From Felis catus (Eukaryota): 64,000 nt of DNA. The notes below the pieces were generated by a model, which did no database searches, was not told the DNA's origin, and was given only the letters and a program-made list of their open reading frames with translations. Positions 28,761-41,232 of this stretch are shown here, piece by piece (position 1 is the first letter of the stretch; each line of letters begins with the position of its first letter). The position numbers and the translations under genes were made by a program. The stretch is taken from positions 1,924,001-1,988,000 of the forward strand of contig NC_058369.1 in assembly GCF_018350175.1 (NCBI RefSeq), in the 5' to 3' direction.

Positions 28761-29770
28761 TCTGTTTCTTTCCATACAAGGGCATTAAAATTTTCCATGT
28801 TTGAGAATGCTAAATATATATTCTTTCATACTAAGTTGGAAAATACTCAAAAAGACACACTATGTTTGCAGCTCACCTTCATTTTTCCTACAGAAAATCC
28901 CCTCACCATCCACAGTCCTTCTCGTTGCACCTACCGGATCACCAAAGCTTGCATAGATATCATAAGAAAGGGCATATGCTGGGGTAAGACTGTGCAGGTG
29001 ATCTTACCCCTTTTCCAACTAGGGATGACTCTATGATTTCCAGGATACAAGTTCTGTTATGTAGACTGTAATCGCTTCAAAAGGCTTATGATTCTTTACA
29101 ATTCTTTCAGGAGGATTATAGATAGCCACATTCTGTAGCCCAGATACATGTGGACTCTGGTGACAGAAAGTCTTTCCAACTTATAAATATATCACATGAC
29201 CTAAACCTAAACGGTTTTAACCATTGCAAAAATAAAGCTGAACCATGAGTCGGGTTTTATGTTTATAGAGAATCATTACTCTGTCAACTCCATGAATGCA
29301 GGACTGTGTATCACACACACTATTTACAAACACCCTGGAGCAGGTCCTTTAATAGTGTCTACGTAAGACACACTAGAAGATGGAAATATACATTAATGAA
29401 CAACATCCTCACTCACTGATGCCCTTGCTCTCAATAGAAAAAATAGACTACACCCTTTTGCTTTCCCTGGTATCTCCCTTGTCCTGGATTGTTCTTTCCA
29501 CCAAGACCCACATTTCCACCTTTTATGCCAATTGCTTCTTTGTACATAAAATTCTTGACCTGCAAAGCAAAAGCAAGAGTGTTCTGTAGCCATGGCGTTA
29601 CACAGGATAATAATAGGATTATGCAAATCACAAAAGTAATGAAATATCCCTCGTCTGGCTAATAAAACTGACTTCTCCTTCTTTACAAGGTAATTTTAGT
29701 CCTATTCTCTTTTTTCTGCCTTCTAGATAAGACTACTGGAATTCTAAATCGTACAATTACACTCATTTCC

Positions 29771-30621
29771 TGTATCAAAATTCCCCAAGAGCATTCTCAG
29801 ACTTGATGATTCACTTGAAGGACCAAACATGTTGCAGAACCTCTCCGATATTGACGATCTCAGTTTCTTCATGCTACGATCATCCATTACGTGGATGGCA
29901 TCCTATTAGCTTTACTCGAACGACATGATTCACATGCATTCTTTTTAGCAGCTCAAGCAACCCGCTTAGAGTATGGCCTCGTTCTGGCTCGAGCATGAGG
30001 ACCTTCACTTAACTGCCCTTTGTTTGCAGACTCATCTTTTTGCGACTCCGGCCATACTCCCTGCAACACAAACAGGATTCGGAAGAACCATTATACCATG
30101 GTTTATGGTAAAAAGGATAGACTGAAATCAGCAAAGGGAAATAGCACATAGGGTGAAGTCTGGGAGAAATCAATGCGGACCTCCATTTGTCCTCCCTCAC
30201 CAGTCACATACACCGGACTCCCAGCAGTGATGTGTGACATCACGTGTGAAGTGTTGACAGTTAGAGCTCACCTAAGTCTTCATCTCCAGGGGGCAGTCAT
30301 GTAGCCATGCAACATCCACATAACTGAGCTTAGCTACCCAGCCTCCAGCTCCCTTCCTCAGAGGTCAAACTTGTAACAGCCCTGTCTGTGGCCTTATGCA
30401 CACAAAAGCAAGCACTCACCATAAGTCACACTGTTAGCATAAACTACCCAGTGAAACTGATACGGTGTGGTCCAAGGACGCAGACATACAGAACACTTAT
30501 CGGTCAGAATATTTCAAGGACTCAAAATTTATCTCCCAGGAGCTGGTCAAGGACAAGTGCTTTCTTCAAGAAGTGCAGAATTTGAGCAACCGAAGCCTAC
30601 TGAATTAACATTCTACTGTAC
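29771..30621 (-). mobile_element. MER21-like LTR
   Basis: GATGATTCACTTGAAGGAC, AAATCAGCAAAGGGAAA, CACCATAAGTCACACTGTTAGCATAAAC, ATCTCCCAGGAGCTGGTCAAGG blocks. Confidence 0.7.
29830..30068. mobile_element. 239-bp solo-LTR-like element containing a class II retroviral RT relic
   Basis: TGTTGCAG...CTGCAACA terminal inverted repeat; 6-bp TSD CAAACA (29824-29829, 30069-30074); + frame from 29831 reads VAEPLRY*RSQFLHATIIHYVDGILLA...QATRLEYGLVLA. Confidence 0.8.
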
Positions 30622-30887
30622 TCCTCTTGACCATATCCAACCCAGTAAAAAACCGTCTCCTTTGATGCCTCCCCCAGATCACCCGAAATAAATCCAGTCC
30701 CTGTAGGTCCTTTCTATGCAGTTTCTGAGATGTTCCAGTCTTCCTCATGCTGAGCAGTCACCCCATCGTAGGAAGTCCACAAATCTAATTTTGTTCAACT
30801 GCATGTGTATTTCTCATGTGTTCTGGCTGGTGGGTATTGACTTGGCCAATGTATAAGTGTTTATCCTTACAAGTGGATAAGCAGTTA

Positions 30888-31335
30888 AAAAAATTTTTTT
30901 TAATGTTTATTTATTTCTGAGACAGAGAGAGACAGAGCATGAGTGGGGGAGGGGCAGAGAGAGAGGGAGACACAGAACCTGAAGCAGGTTCCAGGCTCCG
31001 AGCTGTCAGCACAGAGCCTGATGTGGGGCTCGAACTCACAAACTGTGAGATCATGACCTGAGCCGAAGTTGGTCCCTCAACCGACTGAGCCACCCAGGCG
31101 CCCCCGGATAAGCAGTTTTAAAGGGGAAACTGCTGGGGCGCCTGGGTGGCTCAGTCGGTTGAGCATCCGATTTGGGCTCAGGTCATGATCTTGTGGTCGG
31201 TGAGTTCGAGCCCCCCGTCAGGCTTTGTGCTAACAGCTGAGAGCCTGTTTCAGATTCTGTGTCTCTCTGTCTCCCTCTGTCTCTCTGTCTCTCTCCCTCT
31301 CTGTCAAAAATAGATAAATATAAAAAAATAATAAA
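30888..31335. mobile_element. Head-to-head CAN-SINE pair (- 30888-31104, + 31135-31335)
   Basis: TSDs GGATAAGCAGTT and AAAGGGGAAACTGCT. Confidence 0.92.
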
Positions 31336-31464
31336 GGGGAAACTGCTTAACATTATAAGAATAAAAAAATTCACATTAAATTCTGAGGCCAAAACATATG
31401 TTCAAAAAGACAAAATTACAGTATTGTTTTGATAATCCATAACTGTATTGGAATATTTTATTTT

Positions 31465-31689
31465 ATTTCAAAAATTTTTTATTGTTTTATTATTTTTGAG
31501 AGAGAGAGAGAGAGAGACTGAGAGCAGGCAGGGAAGGGGCAGAGAGAGAGGGAGACACAGAATCGGAGGCAGGCTCCAGGCTCTGAGCTGTCAGCACAGA
31601 GCCTGACGCGGGGCTCGAACCCACGAACCACAAGATCATGACCTGAGCTGAAGTCGGACGCTCAACCGACTGAGCCACCCAGGCGCCCC
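31465..31689 (-). mobile_element. CAN-SINE
   Basis: TSD TGTATTGGAATATTTTA. Confidence 0.92.
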
Positions 31690-32036
31690 TGTATTGGAAT
31701 ATTTTAACATATCCTTTCAGTACATGAAAAATAAAGTTAAGTTTTAAGTATACAGAAAATATGAAACCAGTTTTACTAGGATTTTCCCAAAAATTATGTA
31801 CCAAAAAATTGTTTGACAAAACACAAATTCAGGAGAGGGCGGGGATGGGGAAAAACAGGGGAAAAAAAGCACAAATTAGTTTGCAAACATAAAAATTGTA
31901 ATAATTGAACACATATTAAGTTTATCATTTAGAGATTGCATTCATCTCTAACAGAACACTCCCACAATCTGCTTCATGTATTTACAAGGTACCTATTTCT
32001 CATGTAGAATTGTCCAGAAACAAAAAGTACGGGGTA

Positions 32037-32262
32037 GGGGCGCCTGGGTGGCGCAGTCGGTTAAGCGTCCGACTTCAGCCAGGTCACGATCTCGCGGTCC
32101 GTGAGTTCGAGCCCCGCGTCAGGCTCTGGGCTGATGGCTCGGAGCCTGGAGCCTGCTTCCGATTCTGTGTCTCCCTCTCTCTCTGCCCCTCCCCCGTTCA
32201 TGCTCTGTCTCTCTCTGTCCCAAAAATAAATAATAAAAACGTTGAAAAAAAATTAAAAAAAA
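32037..32262 (+). mobile_element. Young SINEC_Fc-type SINE
   Basis: TSD AAAAAGTACGGGGTA. Confidence 0.93.
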
Positions 32263-32708
32263 GTACGGGGTAAATGCAACAACTCAATAGAGCAACTGGG
32301 AAAAAAAAAAAAAAAAGTCCTGTGTGTTTTCTGACCTAATTGTAAATTTCAGAAGTTCCTGTGGAGTCAGGTACACAGGGCCACTGGACATATTATAGGA
32401 AGATGTTTAGTACACAAATTCAACCTAACATAAATATGGTGAAATCAGAGAAATGAGGGAGTGTCAGAAAAGATCACCAACTAAAAGAGTACAAATCAGT
32501 GGCCTGGGTGGATGTGTGGGAGCTCACAGGAAAATCTAAATGGTGGATATGTGAGAATGGAAGTCGATCCATCATGGGAGAGCTATGGGAGATGCCTGAA
32601 TGGCACCAACTCTGATGGAATGAAGCCAAATAACTGATGTTTGGTTTACAGACACTCTTGATCAATGGGCCCAGAAGGCAGGAGACTCTGTTGGGACTTG
32701 GCGTCCGC

Positions 32709-32916
32709 TGGGGCGTCTGGGTGGCTCAGTCAGTTAAGTGACTTCAGCTCAGGTCATGATCTCACGTTTTGTGGGTTTGAGCCCCGCGTCGGGCTCTGTG
32801 CTGACAGCTCCGAGCCTGGAGCCTGCTTCGGATTCTGTGTCTCCCTCTTTCTCTGCCTCTCCCCTGCTCGTGCTCTGTCTCTCTGTCTCTCTGTTTCTCA
32901 AAAATAAATAAACCTA
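32709..32916 (+). mobile_element. CAN-SINE with (GAAA)n tail
   Basis: Head and CT tract; no TSD visible. Confidence 0.9.
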
Positions 32917-33182
<266 letters not shown>

Positions 33183-33732
33183 GATATCTATGACTTACAC
33201 AAATGTGATAAATATTCCTTTGTGAACAATGTGAAGCATTTAACTTTTCTCTCTACCTGAACCTTCCGGAATTCAGAAAAATCTCAGTGAGTGTTCCTTC
33301 TTTGTGGAAATTATGATTGTTTGCATAAGTTCAATGAGAATCTGTTCTCCTTGTAAGAGGACACCGTTGGAAACGCGGGTTATTTTACCAAGGCTTTGAC
33401 AAGAATGTCAGATTTGGACAGACCTGCATAGACTCAGAACTAACCGGACAGCTTGGAGGAACTGAGGTGGACTTTGTGGAGCCAATCAACCCCCCTGGAA
33501 ATATTGGCCCGATGCCTGGCTGACAGAGTTCCCAGCAGCCTTCCCAGGTGAGTAAAGAATATCGCTTCCTGGCAGGTGCAGGAACCTCAGGATATTTGGG
33601 GGACCTCAAGAAGAGGGATACACCCAAATCTACAGGTATTTGGCTTGGCTTCTGGCCTAGAGAGGCTTCTAAAAGTTCAATCTAGGTTCCTTATAAAAAG
33701 TTCCAGCAAAGTATATTTTAAAAGATGTGTAT

Positions 33733-33955
33733 GGGGGCGCCTGGGTGGCGCAGTCGGTTGAGCGTCCGACTTCAGCCAGGTCACGAGCTCGCGGTCCGTG
33801 AGTTCGAGCCCCGCGTCAGGCTCTGGGCTGATGGCTCGGAGCCTGGAGCCTGTTTCCGATTCTGTGTCTCCCTCTCTCTCTGACCCTCCCCCGTTCATGC
33901 TCTGTCTCTCTCTGTCCCAAAAATAAATAAAAACGTTGAAAAAAAAATTAAAAAA
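33733..33955 (+). mobile_element. Young SINEC_Fc-type SINE
   Basis: TSD AAAAGATGTGTA. Confidence 0.93.
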
Positions 33956-34089
33956 AGATGTGTACGATCAATCGCTACTCTTGCTGAGCTTATATAAATA
34001 ATTAAACCAAATTAATTAAAGTTGGACGTGTTTTTCAAATGCATTAGTCTTGATTTGGCTACCTTTGATAAAAACGAGGGTGATTATAT

Positions 34090-34508
34090 GGGGCGCCTGG
34101 GTGGCTCAGTCGGTTAGACTTCCGACTTCAGCTCAGGTCATGATCTCACGGCTTGTGAGTTCGAGCCCTGCGTCGGGCTCTGTGCTGACATCTCAGAGCC
34201 TGGAGCTGGCTTCGGATTCTGTGTCTCCTCTCTCTGCGCCTCCCCTGCTCATGTTCTCTCTCTCTCTCTCTGCTAAAAATGAATAAATGTTTACATTTTT
34301 TTTTAACATTTATTTATTTTTGAGACAGAGAGAGACAGAGCACGAGCAGGGGAGGGGCAGAGAGAGAGGGAGACACAGAATGCGAAGCAGGTTCCAGGCT
34401 CCGAGCTGTCAGCACAGAGCCCGACGCGGGGCTCGAACTCACAGACCACGAGATCATGACCTGAGCCGAAGTCGGATGCTCAACCGACTGAGCCACCCAA
34501 GCGCCCCA
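34090..34508. mobile_element. Tail-to-tail CAN-SINE pair (+ 34090-34290, - 34295-34508)
   Basis: Minus copy inserted in the tail of the plus copy (ATAAATGTTT repeated); outer TSD GAGGGTGATTATA. Confidence 0.92.
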
Positions 34509-34888
34509 TGGATAAATGTTTTAAAAAAATGAGGGTGATTATAGAGGAAATGTGTTTCCATAACATGTCTTTGTAAGTATTAGACTTTAAGCATTGAGAC
34601 TCAAGAAAATTGAATTACTATTTTGCCAAAAGTGTTTCCCAGAATGAGAATTGCCCCAAAACAATAGGGTTAAGCCTCTTTGAGTTAGTATGCGGAAAGG
34701 CCTTTCTCACTGTGACTCGATCAGTAGAGGAAAACTATTATGCTCTGTGAAGTTATTCACTTCAGGTTAATTCATAACTTTGTAAATGGACAAGCAGGCC
34801 ATCTCCTCCCTAAACCTGATCTGACAGTTACCAGCAACCCACCCCATATAAACGCAGGAGACATGCTTTATTTAAAGTATTGGAAGTC

Positions 34889-35132
34889 TTTTTTTTTTTT
34901 TTTTAATTTTTTTTCTTAATTTTTTATTTTATTTTTTTTTATTTTTGAGACAGAGAGAGACAGAACATGAGCAGGGAAGGGGCAGAGAGAGAGGGAGACA
35001 CAGAATTGGAAGCAGGCTCCAGGTTCTGAGCCATCAGCACAGAGCCCGATGCGGGGCTCAAACTCACAGACTGTGAGATCATGACCTGAGCTGAAGTCGG
35101 ACGCTCAACCAACTGAGCCACCCAGGTGCCCC
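34889..35132 (-). mobile_element. CAN-SINE
   Basis: TSD TTGGAAGTC. Confidence 0.92.
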
Positions 35133-35187
35133 TTGGAAGTCCTTTAAATGGGAAGTCCTGCCTGGGGGGCTCAGTTGTTGAGGGTCC

Positions 35188-35592
35188 TGATGAGGGAAAC
35201 AAAGCCAAGAAAAATGTAGTTTAAATTAAATTCCCATCGGTAGATGTCAGAGGCCTGCAGGGTGTAACGCTCCCCAACACATTGATAGCTGCCCTAATGC
35301 CTCAGTGTTTATACTTCCTTAAAAACTAAAAGCAACCTTCTCTTGACAATAGCTAAATCTTCAGGGTCCTGTGAGACCCTGCTTTCAGCATCCAGAAATT
35401 CCTTGGTGACTTACAACCCCCTCCCTCCACAAATTTGAAAGTATATAATCAGTCACCCTTACAACCCCAGTGCAGCTCTTTCTGCCCACGGGTCCCGTCC
35501 CTGTGCTTTACTAAAACCGCCCTTAGCACCATAGACATCTCAAGAATTCTTTCTGGGTCGTTTGCTCATGAACCCCACTCCAGATTTCATCA
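35188..35592 (+). mobile_element. ERV LTR lying inside a SINE
   Basis: TGATGAGGG...TTTCATCA; homologous to 36254-36847 (CAGCTCTTT..CCACGGGTCC, TCTCAAGAATTCTTTC). Confidence 0.8.
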
Positions 35593-36253
35593 GTAGATTT
35601 TATCTACTAAGCTGACTCCTATCTTTCAGCTCAGGTCATGATCCCAGGGTCGTGGGATCAAGCCCTGTGTAGGGCTCTGTGCTGAGTCTGGAGCCTGCTT
35701 GGGATTCTCTCTCTCCCTCTGCCCCTCTCCCCAGCTCTCTTTCTCTCTCTCTAAAATATAAGTAAATAAAACGTAGCTTCTTTCACTGTGCAAAAGCTTA
35801 AAAAAAAATAAAAGATTGGAAGTCTAATACAGCAGGAGATTTACTTCCAAAATGGAAGGGCCCCTCCTGGGTCACATCATGTGCTGTCACATTCCTCATG
35901 GGCTCATATATCAAGAATTAGACCAGTACGTCCCTCACAGGAATCCAGTGTGCCTGCTAACGTGCCTTTTTATTCCTGTGAACTTGTGGAAGATCCATGG
36001 CACCAAGATGCCTTTACTGCCGTAAGTTCAAGCTGACAGATGGTCCTGTCTGCTGAAGGAGACTCCCATATGTTATCAACTCTAGCCACAGCTGCCTCTG
36101 CCTTTGGTAAGTCCTACACGTACGTGCCCACCTGGCCAATGTTGATCCATAGGTAGGGACCTCGCTGCCCCCCTACTTAGCCGAGAAGTTACCGAAGGCC
36201 TTCCGCTTTTAGCAGCCTTATAGATTGAAGGGTCAACACTGTTTAGAGGGGAG

Positions 36254-36847
36254 TGGTGAGGAAAGCAAAGGCAAATGAAATGTAGATAAAATTAACTGTC
36301 CTTACAACGTGCAGCCTATTGACAGATACTTGAGACGGGCAGAATAGGACATTCCTCCGGGAACTGACAGCTGCCTTATGGTTAATGCTTTGCTAGAGGC
36401 AAAAGGCAGCCTTAGCTTGACATTAGCCAGACCTCCAGGATCCTGTCAGTCTTCTTTAACATGTGAAAACGCCTTCGGAAACTTCCTTTATATCTACCCT
36501 CCCCTCCACCAAGGTATGTGGTAGCAACCATCCTTGAAACATAGGCCCCCTGATACACTTCTGAAGGGTCTCGGGATTAATGTTTTACTAGACAGTAGTC
36601 AGTAACCTTCTCTTACGAGCAGCTAGCCCCTCAAGGTCCTGGAAGCCTTGCTTCCAAATTCCTTTGAGACTTCTGCTATTCCTAACCCCAACTAACCAAA
36701 AAGTATGTAACCAGTCGCTTCTCACAATCCCAGCGCAGCTCTTTTCGACCACGGGTCCTGCCCCCTGTGCTTCAGTAAAAACACCTTTCTGCGGTGAAAA
36801 TGTCTCAAGAATTCTTTCCTGACTTTTTGCTCTCAGACCCCACATCA
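36254..36847 (+). mobile_element. 3' LTR of the plus-strand ERV remnant
   Basis: Directly follows the polypurine tract; ends CACATCA; reverse-complement homologue of 17478-18057. Confidence 0.85.
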
Positions 36848-38875
36848 CATCAGTTGAATACTTACGGCTCTTTTCATAAGATTTCTCTGGTGTTTTTCAT
36901 TCAGTTCAATATTAACTGGGGTGAGATGTACAGAGAGTCATGAGTCCCTCTGCGAAAGTAGCCACCAGGGCGTATTTGATCCTTATCAGAACAAGGCAGA
37001 CTATAGGTCAGCCTTCTGGTGAACATTTTTCTGATTCTGTCCTTCATGATTTCCTCCCTGACCAATCTTCGGTCCGTAAATCTTTAAGGTTGTTGAAAGG
37101 TGAAGTGCTCACCTTCTGTAACTTCTTCAAACTGACAGGTGGCGGGAGGAAGAGGAAGGAAGGAGGCGGGGAGGCGGGGAGGAGAAAGGGGGGGGAGGGG
37201 AGGGAGTGGGTGGGGGGAGGTGTTCCTACCTATGGACTGAAATTGGTCACTATGTGTCCCAACAAGTCACTATTACAGAAAGCCATTGCTGTAGAGTCCA
37301 GAGTAGACACAGTAATAAGGATCAAGGAGTCAGGAACTGCGATCGTGAATCTCGACAATAGGAGAAAACACGGAGAAAGAGACAACATATTAGGATTGAC
37401 ATTATGATAAAAATAGGAAGTGTGATAAGAAGATGCTTTAGTGGGGGACTATAATCCACCCCGCCCAGGAATGTAACCAATGGTTAAAAGACTATGTAGG
37501 GTCCTTAAGAGCACCCATTTAATTATTTATATCACTATCCTGTTACATTTTTGTTATAATCTGGAGTGCAAATGCAACATTCTGCTGAAAAATGCCCCAT
37601 GTTCCTCCTTGTGTTAAGACATCTACTGTCTTTCTATTTTATAGGATTGCTTTACGCATTCGGGTGACGTTAGTGTTTAATAGGGTTGTGCTATTTTGAG
37701 GGTCATTTAAGGCCTTAATTGTGTATTTATCAAGGGCCCCCGTGAGCCATACGACCTCTTCCAGACCTCCTGATGAAAGAAACATTGGTGTCAGATGGTC
37801 ATACCTTTGGAACGGGGAGCTTGTCCATCGTTGTTATGAGCCCATCTGTGGCTTGGCATATTCAGTTAAAATTCTGATAGTTTGATGATGATAAGACAAA
37901 GGCCTCTTAGGACCTGCAGAGTCCCAAGTAACATTTACCATGGGCCAGAAAGAAACATTCTTTTTAGGGATAGAAATATTCCTATATGTGCTGGTGTTGG
38001 GGTGATGTATTATACTGGCTATGTATTGATACAAATAACGCTAATCTGTACCCTGTAATGGAGAAACCCACCAGGCTCAGCATCACGTTGTGCACATTGT
38101 AAAAAAAAGAGTTGGCATTTAGGTACCGTGTGTACATCTGCTAAAACTTTGGATACTTTAGCAGAGTCATCTGGGATAAATACACAACATTTAGTCTCAA
38201 CGTTAGCATGATAGCTTTTTTCTTTGACTCGCAGCCAGGATTAGGTTTTGGAGGGCCACTTTTTGAATCTGTGGGCAACTGCAGGTTGGGCCTGGTTAAA
38301 GGTGGCCACCGTATGCTTGGCTAAAGCTTCTACTTGTAATGTTACATCACAGAGGCAGCTCCCAGAACAAATAGGGCTAAAACAATTAAGACGCCCCCTC
38401 TGCCCGATGTCTGGTCTTAACAATATCCTAATTACAAGGAATCATTGGCAAGTGGGAGATGAGTTGTCCCAGGAGATAAGGGCGTCCCCAAGTGTATTGT
38501 CCAATCCAGTCATAAGGAGAGTGGGGCCATCCATTAACTCCATAAGTCCATAGTTAACCCCCATGGAGTGGTTTATGCTCTGACTTTTAAGGCGCGGTTT
38601 TGACATCCCAGCCGCATAGAATTGATCGAGGTGAGAGCTGAGTTATACAGTTGTTGGGGAGTTCATCCCATTGTCCAGTTGGTTAAATAATCATATGCCT
38701 TTGGGTCCTTTTATTATCCCCACAGAGTAACAAGCAGGAAGATTGCGTACATATGAACAAGTATGGCAGTCTCTCTGAAGTTCGCCTCAAGTTGTGTAGC
38801 TTAGGCAAATGTTTAAAGACAATTGAAACTAGAATCTAACATCCAGAAGGATGTGTTGTTGAAAAATAATTTTTC

Positions 38876-39105
38876 GGGGTGCCTGGGTGGCGCAGTCGGT
38901 TAAGCGTCTGACTTCAGCCAGGTCACGATCTCACGGTCCGTGGGTTCGAGCCCTGCGTCGGGCTCTGGGCTGATGGCTCAGAGCCTGGAGCCTGCTTCCG
39001 ATTCTGTGTCTCCCTGTCTCTCTGCCCCTCCCCCGTTCATGTTCTGTCTCGCTCTGTCCCAAAAATAAATAAAAAAATGTTGAAAAAAAAAATTAAAGAA
39101 AAAAG
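38876..39105 (+). mobile_element. Young SINEC_Fc-type SINE
   Basis: TSD GAAAAATAATTTTTC. Confidence 0.93.
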
Positions 39106-39291
39106 AAAAATAATTTTTCTGTCAAAATTCACCCTTATTCCCAGGGATAGCCAAATCAAAACGAATTCGTTTATGAAACAAGTCCAGTTTTAACAAACTT
39201 GACCTAATTACTTACAAAAGCTCAGCAAGAATAGTGATTGTTCATATAGATCCTTTATTTTTTGTCTTATTTTTTTAAATGTTTATCTATT

Positions 39292-39700
39292 TTTTTTTTA
39301 ATTTAAATTCAAGTTAGTTAACCTGCAGTGTAGACTTGGCTTCAGGAGTAGGACCCAGTGATTCAGCTCTTACATATGACACCCAGTGCTCATCCCAAAT
39401 GAGCCCTCCTTAATGCCCTTACCCATTTAGCCCATCCCCCACACTCCTCCCTCCAGCAACCTCAGTTCGTTCTCTGTATTTAAGAGTCTCTTATGGTTTG
39501 CCTCTCTCCCTGTTTTTATCTTATTTTTCCTTCCCTTCCCCTCTGATCAGCTGTTGTGTTTCTCAAATTCCACATATGAGTGAAATCATATGATCTCTGT
39601 CTTTCTCTGATTTATTTTGCTTAGCCTAATGCCGTTCAGTTCCATCCACGTTGTTGCAAATGGCAAGATTTCATTCTTCTTCATCGCTGAGTAGTATTCC

Positions 39701-39744
<44 letters not shown>

Positions 39745-39831
39745 TGTTTGTGTTTGTGTACACCACGTCTTCTTTGTCCATTTATCAGTCAATGGATGTT
39801 TGGGCTGTTTCCATAGTTTGGCTACTGTTGA
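39292..39831 (-). mobile_element. Truncated carnivore L1 inserted in a SINE tail; contains a (TG)n tract
   Basis: Same 3' UTR as the L1s at 1035 and 21330; TSD TATCTATTTTT at ~39284 and ~39832. Confidence 0.85.
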
Positions 39832-39842
39832 TATCTATTTTT

Positions 39843-39876
<34 letters not shown>

Positions 39877-40654
39877 GGGCGCACAGCAGGGGAGGGGCAG
39901 AGAGAGAGACAGAGGATCCAAAGCAGTCTCTTTGCTGACCGCAGAGAGCCAGACGTGGGGCTCAAACTCACAAACTCACAAACTGAGAACAGATTCTTAC
40001 TGAACTTATGCAAGTAATTATAATTGCCGTGAAAGCAAAAATACTCGCTGAGTTTCTGAATTCTGGATGGTTCCGGGAGGGAGAAAAGCGAAATGATTCA
40101 GTATGTTCAAAAAGGGATATTTTATCATTTCCCTCATTTTATTGGGTCCTATGTCATTAGTTTTTGTTCTGTTTGAATGCTTTTTCTGTTAATTCTGGAA
40201 ATTCTTATTCAGCTTGGTTTTATGATTTTAAAGATAGCAAAACCTAGGTTTGTCAAAAGTCCTTTTTATGAATATCCTTGACGATGAAACACGTTTTGTG
40301 AGGACTTCAGAACAAGAACTAACATGATTTAGCAAAGAAAAGAAAACGGGGCAAAACAACCCACCAACTCGGAAATGGCCATGGTCAAAGATCTGATAGG
40401 AGAGTTATTTCCATGACACACGATATTTCAATAATTCAAGTGATGAGTTTCCACCAGGACATAGTAAAACTTGAGGAATTTCATATGTTTTCTCGAATAG
40501 TTACAGCATCTGCCCATTCAGTACGACGTAAGGCTTATCATCACTGGCTTGACAGGACTTTCCAATTAGCATACAAAATAGACAAGACTGATTAACTTTC
40601 CCATTTAAATCTTGGAAAATTTGTTAGAAACCTCAGGAAATTTTATTTTCTCAT

Positions 40655-40863
40655 TTTTTAAATGTTCTTGTATTTTTGAAGGAAAGAGACACGGAGTGTG
40701 AGGGAGGGAGGGGCAGACAGAGAGGGAGACACAGAATCTGAGGCAGGCTCCAGGCTCTGAGCTGTCAGCACAGAGCCCCAGGCAGGGCTGGAACCCACGA
40801 ACCACGAGATCATGACCTGAGCTGAAGTCAGACGCTTAACCGATGGAGCCACTCAGCCGCCCC
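40655..40863 (-). mobile_element. CAN-SINE
   Basis: TSD AGAAACCTCAG. Confidence 0.9.
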
Positions 40864-41232
40864 AGAAACCTCAGAAAATTTTAAGGCACAAGCCTGAAAT
40901 AGGGTTCCGTATCATAATAAATTTTAATATTTATGTTTAACCAAGGTGGCAGTAGGATGCTGCAGGAAGCCATATAATTGTTGGCAAAACTTAGCTGCTT
41001 TAACATTGAGAAGTTTTTAACGTTGTTAAGTAATCAAAGACCTGATAAAGACAAAACTTAGAAGCTTTCGTTTTCTGGGCAGATAGAAGAGAAAAAAAAA
41101 TAACAACCTTTGCTTGTACTTTCTTATCAAGAGTGGACCAACAATCCAAGAAAACTTTGTCGTTTTAACAGAGAGAAAAGCTGAATTTCAATTTTATGCC
41201 AGTATACTTTTATTTTTTTTTTATTAAAAAAT

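Larger units (their letters stand above)
29580..30845 (+). mobile_element. Old ERV1 LTR (MER34-like) split by a MER21-like LTR
   Basis: LTR-like halves at ~29580-29770 and ~30622-30845; family assignment from recalled similarity. Confidence 0.5.
33183..36253 (+). mobile_element. Decayed ERV1 internal region with integrase remnants, interrupted by SINEs and an LTR
   Basis: 33480-33640 is the reverse-complement homologue of ~60380-60540; integrase-like RMRIAPK/TIGLSLFELVCGKAF at 34641-34710 and KDWKS...LLPKWKGP at ~35810-35865; PPT AGAGGGGAG 36245-36253. Confidence 0.75.
36853..41215 (-). mobile_element. Decayed ERV1 internal region with env (TM) remnants
   Basis: Minus-strand AIL*NRKTVDVLTQGGTWGIF/AECCICTPDYN (~37555-37650) and ANVETKCCVFIPDDSAKVSK (~38130-38207); 38230-38800 is homologous to ~58880-59700. 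Confidence 0.8.

Noticed and set aside
35240..35597. Apparent 5-bp TSD GTAGA defining a shorter LTR 35245-35592
   Set aside because: Sequence from 35188 onward already aligns with the start of the same LTR family (36254), so the match is probably coincidental.
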